DNA of 64,000 bases from the human T2T-CHM13v2.0 reference genome, Homo sapiens (GCF_009914755.1 NC_060931.1), one strand, 5' to 3'; positions 1 to 15,039 are shown, counted from the stretch's first letter. Program-made: numbers and translations. Notes: a model not told the origin generated them from the sequence alone.

Positions 1-76
1 AAGTTGTTTTGGAAATCAATTCAAATAAACTTTAATATTAAATTAAAGGTGATCCCCGTCCCAAGCCAATCATTAG

Positions 77-358
<282 letters not shown>

Positions 359-476
359 TAAGGAAGAGTAGACCTGTGTGATTGTAGGGCCCTCCCTTTC
401 TTGTTGAAAGTAAATGCCTCCACCTCTGTTCTAAATTCTCTCTCCTCATACTTTTTCAGGGATGATGTTCCTTTAG

Positions 477-802
<326 letters not shown>

Positions 803-2413
803 TTATTTCTTTCTATTCTAATTCTCCACTTCCCCTGCATGTTTAGTTCCTTCCATCTCACAAATGGAAGTGGATCTGTCCTTATAGCCTCAGCTGGCTA
901 ATTTTCCTATCTGTGTACTTCCTTTTACAGTCTAAATTCTTGAAAACATGATATTTAATAACAAATCTCACATAAACTTAATGTAGTCTCACATAAACTC
1001 CTTAGCTCACTGTGAATCTGAGATTTGATTTGCAAGTAGGTACCAACTTTAGACACTAAGAAATGAGGGCAAGGAGGAATAATCTTACTACCATAGGTGT
1101 GGAATCTGACAGGCCAGAGAGAATGGTTAGTGATATCATTTCTGCCACATTCCAGAAATAGTATAGATAGAAAAAGGAAAAATTACAGTATTTGGAGATT
1201 TAGCAGCAAAATGTTAAAGTCTAAGTAAGAATGAAAACAGAATAGAAATTATAATGTTCCAGAAACTTCTTACAAAGAAATAGTCTGTCTTTTTCTCTAC
1301 TTCAGAAAAAAAGTATTTTTGTTTTTGTTTTTGTTTTTAAAGCAAGCAATAGACAATAATAAGAAAGGCTCCAAAATGAACTGTCAGGGAGATAGCAGAT
1401 TTAGAGTAAGTTATTCAATAAAAAATATTTGCATTACTTTTTTTCCTCCTCCTATCTTTACTTTGTACTTCCATACTAGAATTCTGCTTTGTTGGTTCAG
1501 GCCACCTCCCACCATTCAAGACCCCAATTTTTGCCCATTTTGGTACTTTCCTATTCTTTTTGTTGACATCATTTCCAATTCAGACATAATAGCAAGAGTT
1601 CCCATTCATTTCTCATTTGGACTCCTCACATCTAGTCCTCTGCCTTTTAATTCTACCTCATCCTTGATCCTCTCTTTAGAGCTTAGAGAGGCTTTGGAAT
1701 TAGAAGATGTGTATTCCAGGCTTGTAATTGATCAACTCTGTGACTTTCAGGAACTTAATCTTCCTGATTCTGGACTTTCTAATCTGGAAAACTGAGATTA
1801 TTTTATACCTCCTTGGTTTCTGAGAACTAAGAATAATGTGTGTAAAAATGTCAAATAAAAGGTGCTTGGTATATATTAGTTATGTTTCTTTTCCCCTGCC
1901 AGTTGCTGCTATTTAGTTATCATACAGGGTTGCAAAGAAGAGAAGGCAAATAGAGTATTCGGTTTATTTTGTATGTGTGTAAACATATGAAGATTAACTG
2001 GTAACACAAAGATTCTTCATGAACAAATTTTAGTAATGAGCTGGAAAGAATATTGTACTCTGAAAACTAAAGACATAGATTAAACTTCTCTCCTGACAGA
2101 CTATGGCCTTACTAATTATATGTTATAATAAACCTAGCTATATCTTATAGAGAAAATAAATGTTATTTGCCTCTAGTAGATAAAGCAGGATTTTTTTATT
2201 CCAATACAAAATACAGCTTATTGTCATTAAATAATGTTACTTTTTGTTGTTGTTGATGGTGTTTTCGTTAATATGAGATCATGAAAGAATATTTTTCCCC
2301 AAGGGTAGATACCTTATGTGCTGCAAGTACATTTTTTTTGGAATGAAAGAATACATGTGACATTTACCAAATAAATGGACTTTTACTGAAAACTTTGCTC
2401 TTTTCTTTTTTAG

Positions 2414-2493
2414 GTGTTTGGCAATCAACTCATTCCTCCCAATGCACAAGTGAAGAAGGCCACTGTTTTTCTCAATCCTGCAGCTTGCAAAGG
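2414..2493 (+). CDS. AGK: AGK exon 4 (VFGNQLIPPNAQVKKATVFLNPAACKG)
   Basis: ttttcttttttag|GTGTTTGGC ... TGCAAAGG|gtagtt; 80 nt, phase 0 to 2. Confidence 0.97.
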
Positions 2494-3440
2494 GTAGTTC
2501 CGTTTGTGACTTGTTATATACTTGCTTTTTCTAAGGGGGAAAGAAATCACAGACTATCAGGCAGCTAGTGAGATTGTGTGGAATTGGAAGAACTAGGTTT
2601 AGTACTCTTCTAGCAATAAGATTCATTTGTAATGTAGAAATAACAGTTAAATGAGAAATAACTATAAAACTAATGGATGCTTAGCAAACTTGTCTAATTG
2701 AAGTTTAATAATCATTCCATGATTAACACCTACAAAGATGTCTTATTTGCTTGGAAGTAGTCCCCTCGGGAGCGACTGCTGTACTGCTAGGACGTAAATC
2801 CTTAGGCCATCTCTGTCCACAGGATGTTCAGAAATGGCCAAGAATACTGTGGGCTTGGGAGATCAGAAATGTTCTTTCCAAAAGAGATGATCCTTGAGCT
2901 AGACCTGGGAGGAAGCAGGCAGGAGAAGACTACCCATTCTTCTCAGCTGAGGAAACAGCCCATGGGACAGGGGCCTGGAGACAGGAGTGACCTAGTTATG
3001 GCTTTGTTATGACACAGGACAGCCTTTAACTGAACTGGCTGGCCTGGAAATGTCATGTGGGAATTGTGGGAATTAAGGTGTGAAGAATTGTTGAGACTTG
3101 GGTATATAATGATTTGATCATGGCAGTTCATTGATTATACAAATGAACCACACTAAAACGTGGAGAGGCTGTATGTGGGGGTGGGGAGTGGGTGTGTGGA
3201 GACTCAAAGTCTGTTAAGGAAAAATAAATAGGCAAAACTTTTTTTTACAATGTTAGATGTAACTATTATTCAATTGGAAAGGTGAATACAAAGACCTTGA
3301 TGGCTTTAGAATAAATAATTAACATTTTATTTTGAAAAAATAGTCAGAATTAAAGGGTTGAGTGTTAAAAAGTGATATCTCTTATGTCCCTAATGTCGAG
3401 AACAATTCTTTTTGGCTTTTTGGGAATCAGAAAATTAGCA

Positions 3441-3742
3441 GTTTGGGTGCAGTGGTTCACGCCTGTAATCGCAGCACTTTGAGAGCCTGAGGTGGGCAGA
3501 TCACTTGAGCCCAGGAGTTTGAGACCAGCCTGGGTAACATGGTGAAACTCTGTCTCTACAAAAATACAAAAATTAGCTGAAAAAATGCAAAAATTAGACA
3601 CACGTGGTAGCATTTACCTGTAGTTGCAGCTACTTGGGAGGCTGAGGTGGGAGGATCACCTAAGCCCAGGAGGTCGAGGCTGTAGTGAGCCATGATCGCG
3701 CAACTGCAGTCCAGCCTGGGCAATAGAGTGAGACTCTGTCTC

Positions 3743-3773
<31 letters not shown>

Positions 3774-3780
3774 AAGAAGA
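3441..3780 (+). mobile_element. Alu (AluJ-like) with duplicated mid-A linker and a ~29-nt A tail
   Basis: J-type gaggatcacctaagcccaggaggtcgaggctgtagtgagcc; TSD agaaaattag. Confidence 0.9.
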
Positions 3781-6700
3781 AAGAAAATTAGTAAATATGT
3801 ATTAAATTGGATTCTATAAGATCTAAGTCAAGTGACATTAAGGTAATAAGAACAACAACAAGAAAGATAGTTTGGGCTGAATTGTAAGTGGTAGGCATAA
3901 TGTTGTCTGGAGTAAAACACAGGGTCTCTGAAGTCAGTTTTTCTAGTCATTTCTTGAGAGGCAGTGAGTGTGACTTCACAGACAGGAGGACACATCCTGC
4001 TTTATTTCTTTGTAATTCAGTGGTTTAATTCAGATTGTCTAAACAGACTATTCTGCCTAACTGAATCATATCTGCTGGGCTTTGTTAGAGCCGCTTCCCT
4101 CCCCCATAAACGCACCAGTCATAATGCCTATTGATCATTTTTGTTTAATATCAATACTAAATCATGCCAACAAATCAACAAGCCCTAATATAACACAGTC
4201 AAAATACCTAAGATAAGTAAATTGTCAGTGGTGGCCCGTGGCTGAAGATAACAGAGAACTCAGCCTGGGTCTGGGAGTTTGAGGAATCTGGTCTGTTTAC
4301 TGTTTTGCCACTTACTAGCTCTATGATATTGTGGGAGTTAATTCACTTCTTAAATCCCCAGTTTACTCATCTGTAAAATCAGAAAGGCAATAGTACATAC
4401 TTTAAAAATTATTATGTGGAATAGGGACCTTTGGTATTAAATGAGATAATGCTTATTAGGCACTATTTCCATTTCATAATAAGCACACAATGTAAGAAAT
4501 ATAAACTGCTGAAATTGTTACTCTTGACTATGGGTTAGGTTCAGAACAGTCTTCACTTCGCTATCCCATCCTTCCCAGAAGCTCTTGTACCTCTCCTTCG
4601 ACCTACTTCAGTGTAACTCTTCTATTCCTTTAGAGACCTAATAAATTAACAACCTGCTAATTTCTGATGAAACTTATGGCAATTTGTTTAAGCAATAACC
4701 AGTTATTTTGAGTTCCTGCTTCTAAGAGGTATCTACATTTTTAAAATTAATAAGCAAATTTTTCAGAGCAATTTTAGGGTCTTTTTACATGTAAATATAT
4801 TTGCATTTTTAAAGGTAGATTCTTGTTTAAAACTATAACATCTTTATCTAAAGGTAAGCTAAAATACTGCCACTGAAGGAAAGTCTTTTCTAAAGGTGTT
4901 GTCTCCTTTAACAAGGTGAAGAATCCCTGCGTGCTTCTGGGAAAGTCTGAAACTCTCCAGCATCCTTTCTTTTTTTCTTTTAAAAGCTTTCACTATTTAA
5001 TTGCACTATTTTTGTCATCATAGCTCTGTCCTGACACATAATTTATAATTTATCATGTAGCTATTTCATTATGTAGTACTGGTTTAAAACTACATAAGAG
5101 CTTTAAGAAATAAGATAACTGTGTGTTTAGCATTAATAAATAATACATAAAAGAGTAATTATTTTTTGTATGTGCCTGAGTCTGGAAATTGCTAAAAGTA
5201 CCTAAGGTTTTTATTTAGCCTCGGTGTTATCTCACCCTTAATTATGTAATAAATAATTTATTTCTTATTAGTAACACTTGTTTTTCAATCTTTTATATAG
5301 AAAATTAGAAGGAAAAAAGTCTTCACCTTCATTTTAGAGGTTTTCTGAACTTATAACATCATATAAAGATGTGAATAAAGACCCAAATATTCTAACCTGA
5401 TTTCTTAAACTAACTCAGAGGAGGTTACAGATTTGTTGTGATTGATATGGCAGATTGAGACTTCTTCAGAATTTTGCTTTTAGGAAATAGATCTGATCCA
5501 CTTCCAACTGATCCTTTCCTATCAATCTAGTAATGAAAGCAACCCTGGAAGGAGAATTGTTTGCAGTACCACTAGCTCAGTGCTTTAATGTTGGGTTAAG
5601 CCCCCAGAAATGGTGAGCTGGAAAGGAGAAATTATCATTTACCCTTTTATGTTCATTCTAATAATCATTCAGAGCAGTAGAAAGGTAGAAAATATTTAAT
5701 TTGCTTATAATACACTCAGGCCCTTGGTTTGAGATATTCTTTTGGATGGTTCTTGTGAAAATTTGTGCAAGCCTCTCAATTTCTATTTTAATTCACAATA
5801 AGAAGTGATTTGTGTTCTATATGCCATTTGGTGGTTCTTTTTAGTTTAAAGAATATTGAGCTTGGCCTGTGCATAACTATACGTGTTCCTCATTAGCTGC
5901 CTTTGTAGCTGAATATAAAATGTCTCTTCTATAAAATATCCTTAAATTCTTGTATAAAGTATCCTTAAGGTCAAAGGATACAGCCTTAGTTTAAAAATAA
6001 GACAGAGGACTGAGTAAATGTGGATATAAAAGTTAGGTGTTTGACATTGATTGAAAGTACTGGATTTTTTTTTCCTTATGTAATAGTTGAAATATTTGAG
6101 TAAAAGGTCAACTAATTGGTATGTTTTAACATTAGTTTGACTTTGAGACTATGCCATTGGTGGAAGAGATTGTTTTGCAACTTCTGTGTCCCTGGATTCC
6201 TAGACTGTGTTTTTGAATTCTGACCTGAATTGGACAAGAGTTCACTGTCAGAATGATATGCATAATACTTTTGAAATATGCAAACTCTTTGAAGGCTGTT
6301 TTTTCTCTTCTTATAAGACATCGTGTTGTTTCCTTTTCCTCAGAATTTACATGTCTACATTTGGGGCAGGTTTATTCATTCGTTTGTGCATTAATTCATC
6401 AGATACTTAGTAAGTACTTTCTAATTGTGCCATACATAATCCTAGAGGTCAGGGGATTCAAGGATTAATAAGATTTGGTATTTATTTTTAGAACGCTTCC
6501 AGTCTAGTCCTGACAACAGTCTTGGAAGTCTCTAATCACCATACAGTATGAAAGTCACTAACAGAGATGTGTATAAGGTACTAGGGGAGCACAGAGAGGG
6601 CATGACTGTGCCTGGGAGTTTCAGACTAGCTTCTGGTGAATTAGTAGTTTGGTCTGCTTTGTTATGTTGTATTCCTAGCTCCTCCACCTGTGTCTATCAC

Positions 6701-7056
6701 ACAGTAGGTGCTCAATGAATACTTGAGTGAATCAAGCATTGTTGCCTGAATGGAACCATATCTAGTGTTCGTTCTTCCCCTAGAGGAACTACTTTGTGAA
6801 CTATAAGCCTCCCAAATGGATAAGAGCTTATTGCATTAGATAAACAGCAAATTCTCAAAGGCCCCAGAGTTTAAGGTTCTATTTTTCCATTCATATTAAC
6901 TCATTACTTGTTGTTAAACTTTCTGTGCTTGAACAAATAAAGGAAACCCGTATTGCATAGTCTTTCTTATTCTGCCCTGAAGAAGATTGTAAGGCTTTTT
7001 GTTCTTGCTCTTGATAACCTGTGTTAAAATGTTTATATTTTTTCCTTTGTTAACAG

Positions 7057-7132
7057 AAAAGCCAGGACTCTATTTGAAAAAAATGCTGCCCCGATTTTAC
7101 ATTTATCTGGCATGGATGTGACTATTGTTAAG
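7057..7132 (+). CDS. AGK: AGK exon 5 (KARTLFEKNAAPILHLSGMDVTIVK)
   Basis: ttgttaacag|AAAAGCC ... GTTAAG|gtaaga; 76 nt, phase 2 to 0. Confidence 0.97.
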
Positions 7133-8024
7133 GTAAGAATGGCTCCTGAATGTTTATTTCACCCAAGCAGCTGCCTCTTATAACAACCTCTTCTCTTGGC
7201 TTCTTAGCAAAAATTGCTTGTCACAAGAGCAAAGAAATTAATGTTGTATCCTGTTCTGACAATTAATAAATGTAGTTTTGTTTTTTTCCAAATAGTGTCA
7301 GCTTTTCATTTTCAGAATAGGATTGGATGGAGGCTTGGAGAACTTGACACCTTTCATCTGAGAGATAGGATGTGGAATTACATCTCTTGGAAGATGAAAG
7401 TTGTTATAGCTGTAAGAATTCTTTTCCTGAAAATACACAACCTTCAAGTCTGAGTAATTAATTTAATTTCTTAGTAGTTCCACAAACAGGTAAACCATTT
7501 TCTCTCTGGTAAGGAATTATCTTTGGTGAAGAATTTTAAATGGTAAAGCTTTAGAATTTGTGAGATTTAGTTAAGAAGAAAAGGAGGCAAGCATAAATTA
7601 CAAGGAATTGTACTATTTCGAAGATGCAGGACTCTACTTGTTGAATTTTAAATGAGATATATGTGGGTAAGTACATACATGTGTATATAGTGAAAACCTC
7701 TCTTACTGTGGTTATAAGTCTGTTGACCAATTTCTAATATTGTACACTTCCAGGAAATCATAGAAGTTAAAAAGGATCATTTAGTCTAGTTTACCATGCA
7801 ATGTTGAACCCTCTTTTCCAACTTTTCTGTCATGATTTTCCAGTTGTTTGCCCCCGGGGGTAGGAGAAAGGGGAAGAAAACTAACATATTTGAGTACCTG
7901 TAATGTGGCAGGTATGAGAGACCCAAGTATGGTTATGTGAGACTGATGTTTGTTTCTTCAATGATTGGTGAAACTCACAGCTAAAACCATCTGGATCTGG
8001 AGCTTTCCTTGAGGGGAGATTTTC

Positions 8025-8025
<1 letters not shown>

Positions 8026-8064
<39 letters not shown>
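8026..8064. repeat. (TG)19 microsatellite at the tail of an Alu monomer
   Basis: Read directly from the sequence. Confidence 0.97.
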
Positions 8065-8068
<4 letters not shown>

Positions 8069-8186
8069 AGAGACAGGAGCTCACTATGTTGCCAAGGCTG
8101 GTCTTGAACTCCTGGACTCAAGTGATCCCCCCCACCTTGGCTTCCCAAAGTACTGGGATTATAGGTGTAAGCTACCATGCCCAGCC
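8065..8186 (-). mobile_element. Alu left monomer (FLAM/AluJ-like)
   Basis: gtagagacagg..ctcactatgttgccaaggctggtcttgaactcctggactcaagtgatcc. Confidence 0.85.
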
Positions 8187-10187
8187 TTTTTTACCTTTTT
8201 TAAATTTTTAATGTACATTAAATTTCTTTAACAGTTCTAGAAGTACTCAGGTTTCATTCTTCACTTAATTTTTGTAAGGTAAATTCTTCAAGGAATTTGT
8301 TTCATCTAAATTTTCAAATTAATTGACATCAGGTTGTTCATAATATCTTCTATTTAACTTTTAAATTTCTATAGCATATGTAATGTCTCATTTTCATTCT
8401 CAATATTGTTTATTTGTACCCTCTCTTTTTCCCCTCAGTAATCTTGTGAGAGGTTTGTCAATTTAGCCCTTGCCAAGAACCGTTTTTTGGCTTATTGATC
8501 CTCTCATTTATATGTTTCATTCATTTCTGATCTTTTTTTATTGTTTCATTCATTCTACTTTTTAAAAAAATTTTTCTGCTGTGCTTTTTCTGACATTTTA
8601 ACTTCATTGCTTATTTCATTTTTACCTTCCTTTCTTATTGTATGTATTTAAGCTACAGATCCACTCTACTGCTTCAGCTGCATCCTATACTTTTTGATGC
8701 ATAATATTTTTATTATTTATTTTTAAATATTTTCAAATTTTCCTTGTGATTTTTCTTGATCTATGTGTTTTTGAATTTCCAAATCTAAAGTTTTTCTGAT
8801 TGTCTTTGTTAATGATTTCAGACTTAATTGCATTTTGGCCAAAAAATGTAGTCTATAAAATTCTAGTATTTTAAAGTTTGTTGAAATTTGTTTTATGGTC
8901 TAACATGTGCTCTGTTTTCATAAATGTTGTATCTATGCCTAAAAATAGTATATATCAGTTATTGGGCACTATATTCTATATATGTTCATTAAGTCAAGTC
9001 TGTTAATTGTGTGGGTTCAAATCTTCTATGTCCTTACTGATTTTTTCTTCTGTTTTAACTATATAAATTCTCAAGAGGGGGTATTAGAAATCTCCCACTG
9101 TAATTGTGGATTTGTCTATTTCACTACATAGATTTGTCCATTTTTGCATTTTGTATTTTGAGACTTAGGTCATTAGATGCACTAAAGTTTCAGATTATTT
9201 CATTTTTCTTACATTTCGACCCTGTCATAGAATAACTATTTTTAGCACAAATACTGCCTTTTGTGATAGTCTATCTTATCTAGTACTATTGGTAATTTAT
9301 ACTAGCTTGCTTATTTTTAGTTTTTGCCTGGTATCATTTTTATATCCCTTTATTTTTATCTTTTTTCTCTCCTGAGATTTTAGATGTATTGTTGATAAAA
9401 GCATGAAAGCAGGATATTGTAAAGCCCATTTTCTCATCTTTTGACTTGACTGTTTAATTCATTCCAACATTCTATACCAGTTATCTATTGCTACAGAACA
9501 AAAGGCCTCACTGTTTTTCTGCTTATGATTCCATTGGTCAGTAGTCTCGCCTGGGCTCATAGTGGCATGGCTGAGGAAGGGTGGTCTTCGATGGCTTTAC
9601 TCACGTCTCCAAGTTGATGCTGGCTGTCCCCTGGCTCATGTTGTCTCCACTATGTATCTTGACATGGTAGCTCGGTTCCCTGAAGTCAGTTACAGATATC
9701 CTCTAATTTTATCCCTAAATACTTTTATGTGTATTTTTAAACAAATAAGAATACTTTTATATTTATCTACAGTGCCATTTTCATACTTAGGAAAAGTAGC
9801 GATTCTCTTTTATCATCTTACACTGTCTAACCCCATCTTATACTATCAAATGTCCTGTGACTCATGTATTTGTGATTTTTTCCAGTTTAAGATACTTATC
9901 AATTATATGCAAGTACTAATATGTACATTACATATACAGAAAATAGACATTTAGAAGGATGAGATTAAAAAATAAATAGAAATACTAATGTTTACTTTTT
10001 ATGCCTCAGTAGAAACCACTACTCTTTACAGGGTTTGTTTTCTTTCTTTTGGATTAGCTTTTATTTTGAAATAATCTCAAACTTATAAAAAAAATGTACA
10101 GGAATATACAAATTCCCATATCACTTACCCAAACTCCTCAAATACTGTATTAACATTTTACCATGTTTACACATGCTCTCTCTTTAC

Positions 10188-10212
10188 ATGTATGTGTGTG
10201 CATATGTATGAA

Positions 10213-10262
<50 letters not shown>

Positions 10263-10280
10263 CATACACACACACACATA
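10188..10280. repeat. Compound (TG)n(TA)n(CA)n microsatellite
   Basis: Read directly from the sequence. Confidence 0.95.
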
Positions 10281-10319
10281 TTATTTTCTGGCTTGTTTGA
10301 GAGTAAGTTTCAGAAATAA

Positions 10320-10692
<373 letters not shown>

Positions 10693-12334
10693 AATTGTTC
10701 CATGAATGCCATTTATAACAAAAGAAAAAACACTTTTTCTTGTTCTGCATCCAATCTGGGATCACATATTGTATTTAGTTGTGATATTTGTTTAGGCAAC
10801 TTTAAAAAATTCCTCAATTTTTTTTTTTTTAAGAACGTCCTTCAGTTTGGGTTTATCTACTGTTTTGTTATAATTAGATTCAGATTATGTAGTTTAGTGG
10901 AAGTACCACAAAATGTTGTGTCTTTCTCAATGCATAATATATGTATGACAGTCCTGTGAATTCTTTAAATTAAATTTTTAGCTTGAGATTTTTCAGATTA
11001 TCCAGGTAGCACGCATTTCGGTTACTTATGTAAGGACTAGCCTAAAGTTATGGATTCTCAGGGAAGATGTTTATCCCTTCATTTAGCACCAAATTTCAGA
11101 ACACGAAAGTTTCTTTGCAGTGCCCTGGGAATCGTCGAGGAGTATGAGTGAGTCAACCCCGCTTTTATTCTCTCTAAACTGCACATGCAGTCTTTTGGGT
11201 CCTGGTTTATAGTGGGATGTGGTTCTGTACTAGATTCACTAATCTTGAGCAGGTCCTGGGATTTTTGTTTGCTTTTCCTAGAACCTGGTGAAGCTTTGAA
11301 AACCAACATTCAGATCTACCTGGTTTACTAGATGCCCTCAGAACATTTACTGCATAGGTGCTAGTTTTATATTTAGTGTTCCTTACTTTATTCTCGTTTA
11401 TTGATGCATCAAAGATGTTTTCATTATTTTACTCAGTAGCTTTAATTTTCAGTGGCAGGGTACCTAGCCTACCATTCTTTTAGAAATGGAATTGTAGCAC
11501 TTCACATAGCTGGTTTTATTTAAGTCACATAAAGCTCAGTGAAGTTGAGTGTTATCATCTTTATTTTGTGAATGAGGAAATTGAAGATACAAACATCTAG
11601 AAACCTGCTCAGTTATACAATTAGTAGTGACAAAACTCATTTAAACCTAGGTCTGTCGACTCTAAGGCATGTGCTTTCTACCTTAGGCTTTGTCTCCCAT
11701 TTGACATGAAAGCTCCAAGACAACCTATTTCATCTTAGGATAGCACTATTAGAATATTCTTCCTAATTTTGAGAAGAAATCTGTTTCCCAAGAGTTTTTA
11801 CACATAGATCAGTGGTTTTCAACTCTGGCTGAATATCAAATTACCTGGAAATGTTTAAAAATGTAAGTCGTACCCAGGTCACACTCCCTAGATATAACTA
11901 ATGTGGAGTGGAGTCTGTCTGTATTTACAAAATAATTTCATTCATTCATTTACTTGTTCATTTGTTTATTCATTCCCAGGTGATTATAATGTGTAGTTGG
12001 ATTGAGAATCATAGACTTCAGGCTTGGTTCTATCCCATGGGTTCATGTGAAACAAGCCTAATCTTTCTTCCGCAAAATAGTCTTTGGAATAATCAAGAAT
12101 GTTATCCTGATGCTCCCTTGAGCCTTCTGTGGTTTAAACATTTCCGGTTTCTTTCCATGAGGTATGGGCTATCTAAGGAAGAGTAAAGCAAGACCACCAA
12201 GTCTCTTGTTCCATATACTATTCTTTCAAACAGCTCAAGCTCAGAGTCTTTTGTTGTTGTCGATATATCATATTTTGAGTCATATTGGACTCATTATCTT
12301 GTTTGCTATGTACCATCAAGCCACTTTATAAAAA

Positions 12335-13670
12335 AGTAGACTTTATTTTTTAGAGCAGTTTTAGGTTTAAGGAAGAATTCAAGAGAAATCACAGAAAACC
12401 TATATTCCTTCTCTCCCCTGCCCACAATTTCCTGTATTATTAACATCTTGCGTTAGTGTTATAAATTTCCTACAATTGATGAGCCATTATTCATGCATTA
12501 TTATTAACTCAAGTCCATAGTTTTCATTTGCATTTGCTCTTTTCATTTGCATAGTTTTCATTTGCATTTGTGTTGCACAGTTCTATGGGTTTTGACAAAT
12601 GCATAATGCATTGTGTTCACCATTATATTATCAGACGGATTAATTTCACTGTCCTAAAAATCCTCTCTGTTCTTCTGCTGTACCTATTCATCCTTCCCTC
12701 CACAGCTGTTTTTACTGTCACCATACTTTGCTATTTTTAAAATGTCATATAGTTGGAATCATACAGTATGTAGTCTTTTCAGATTGGCTTCTGTCACTTA
12801 GCAATATGCATTTTAGGTTTCTCCATTGTGTTTTCATGGCTTGTTAGCTCATTTCTTTGCTGAGCAATAGTCTATTGTCTGAATGTGCTACAGTTTATCC
12901 ATTCACCTACTGAAGTACATCTTGGTCACTTCCATTTTAGCAACTATGAATAAAATTGCTATAAACATTAATGTGCAGGTTCTCGGGTGGACATAAATAA
13001 GTTTTCTAGTCATTTGGGTAAATGCCTAGGAGTGCTTTTGCTGGATAATATGATAAGACTATGTTTGGTTTTATCGGAAACTGCCGTTCAAAGTGGCTGT
13101 ACCATTTTGTATTATTACCACCAGTGAACTAGAGTTCCTCTTGTTCCATATCCTCGTCAGTCTTTGCTATTGTCAGTGTTTTGGATTTTAGCCACTGAAA
13201 TAAATGTATAATGAAATCTCATTGTTTTAATTTGCAATTCCCTAATGACATATAATGTTGAGTGTATTTCCATATGCTTATTATCCATCTGTAGATCTTT
13301 GGTGAGGTGTCTGTTCAGATCTTTGCCCTTTTAATTGGGCTGGTTTCTTTTTGTTGAGTTTTAAGAGTTATTTATATATTTTAGATGCAAGCTGTTTGCT
13401 ATGCATTTTGCATATATTCTTTCTCAGGCTGTGGCTTGTCTTTTTATCCTTATAATAGTGTTTTTCATAGAGCAGAAGTTTTAAATTTTACTGAATTTTA
13501 ATTTATCAATTTTTTTTTCTTTCATGGATATTGCTTTTGGTGATGTATCTAAAAACTCATCACCAACCCCAAGATCACTTAAATTCCCTCCTGTGTTATT
13601 TTACCTTTAGGCCTATGATCCATTTTGAGTTAGCTTTTTTGAAAAGTGTAAGGTTAGTGTCTAGATTTTT
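12335..13670 (-). mobile_element. L1MC-type 3' region
   Basis: Begins agactttattttttagagcagttttaggttt; typical antisense L1 3' UTR/ORF2 sequence. Confidence 0.8.
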
Positions 13671-13849
13671 TTTCTGGGAGGGGGCAACTGTTAGGCCACC
13701 TTTTTATCCTTCCTCTTTTAGTGCATTTGGGATTTTTTTTCTAAGATCAGAGCCTCAAATATATTAATATTATCTCTATTAATCTTTGAAATTATGGTCT
13801 GTCAAATCTGTCAAGATCTTTTAAAATTTTTATTCTTTTATTCATACAC

Positions 13850-14400
13850 CTTTTCACATTTATTAATGTGTTTTTACAAATATTTATTTAGTGCCCACTA
13901 TGAGCTAAGCCTTGTTCTAGGTATTGGGGATATAGTCTTAACAAAATAAATTCCCTATCCGTCCTTAAAGAGCTTCATTTCAAGGTTTGAAAGCAAGAAT
14001 GCAGGTGAGAAACAAATATATCAATAAATGTATAATTTGTCAGATGGCAATGAGTGCTAAGAAGAAAGATTAAGCAGGGTAAGGAGACAAAGGTTATTTT
14101 ACTTATTACTATTAACTCCTAATAGGGGTGTTATTTTACTGCAGATGGTCAAGGAAGGTGGGTCTGACAAGATGAGCTTTGAACAGACACCCAAAGGAAA
14201 TGAGTTAGTCATGTAGATGCTTGAGGAAGAAGTATCACAGTATCACGAGCTGTGATACTGCATGTCCAAAGGCCCTGAGGCATGTGTGTATTTGACATAT
14301 TTGAAGCATGGTAAAGAGGCCAGTGTAGTTGGAGTGAAATGAGCAAAGGGTGAGAGTAAGAGAGGATGAGGTTAGAGAAGTAAGGAGGGGAAAATGTCAG
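13850..14400 (-). mobile_element. L2 fragment
   Basis: caaatatttattagtgcccactatgagctaagcc..., then a purine-rich L2 body. Confidence 0.65.
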
Positions 14401-15039
14401 CTTTGTATCATTTATGTATCTAGTAAATTACCTTTCACTTCCATTGTTGACAAAGTATTGCCTAAGAAAAGGCTGAAGGGGGACCCTCAATGAAATGTCC
14501 TAGGAATCTTCCAGCAATTTGACATCATTCCAATGAGCATCACATTTTGGACATAGATATTCAGTTGGTAGCTCATCCACTTACTTGTTTTCTAGCATGT
14601 TGTTTCCACATGTCTTCACCTTGTCCACAGGGATATCATAAAGTGACTTGCCAGGCATCTTGCTAAAGACCTGATGTAATGTGTCTGTCTAATTTCCAAG
14701 ATCTACTAATGTAGCTAATCTGTCAAAGAAGGAAATGAGGACAGTATGAAATCACTTGGCCTTAGTGAGAACACAGGCTAATTCCTCATGATCACTTATT
14801 TCTGGGTGTTCATGAACCATCCTTTTCATCAGGATTGACATACATACATTTTTTTAAAAGTCAAATATTTGCGAATATGTAACTATAAAGCCCATAATTT
14901 TATTTTTAGAATAAAAGTGGAACTATTCATCCTAAAATTAGATGGTAGTATTTTAAGGAGTCTTCCTTTTTCCTCTGTGTTCACTGTGAATTAATGTCAT
15001 ATAGGACTTACTGGCTCAGATGCTGGAGTCTTTTCTTGC

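Larger units (their letters stand above)
7930..9450 (-). mobile_element. Old L1M fragment interrupted by an Alu monomer
   Basis: T-rich antisense L1 ORF2-like sequence; minus-strand translation KAPDPDGFSCEFHQ resembles L1 ORF2 KSPGPDGFTGEFYQ. Confidence 0.75.

Noticed and set aside
1319-1795. 158-aa + strand ORF
   Set aside because: TTG start, low-complexity F/L/S/I composition, intronic, no recognisable domain.
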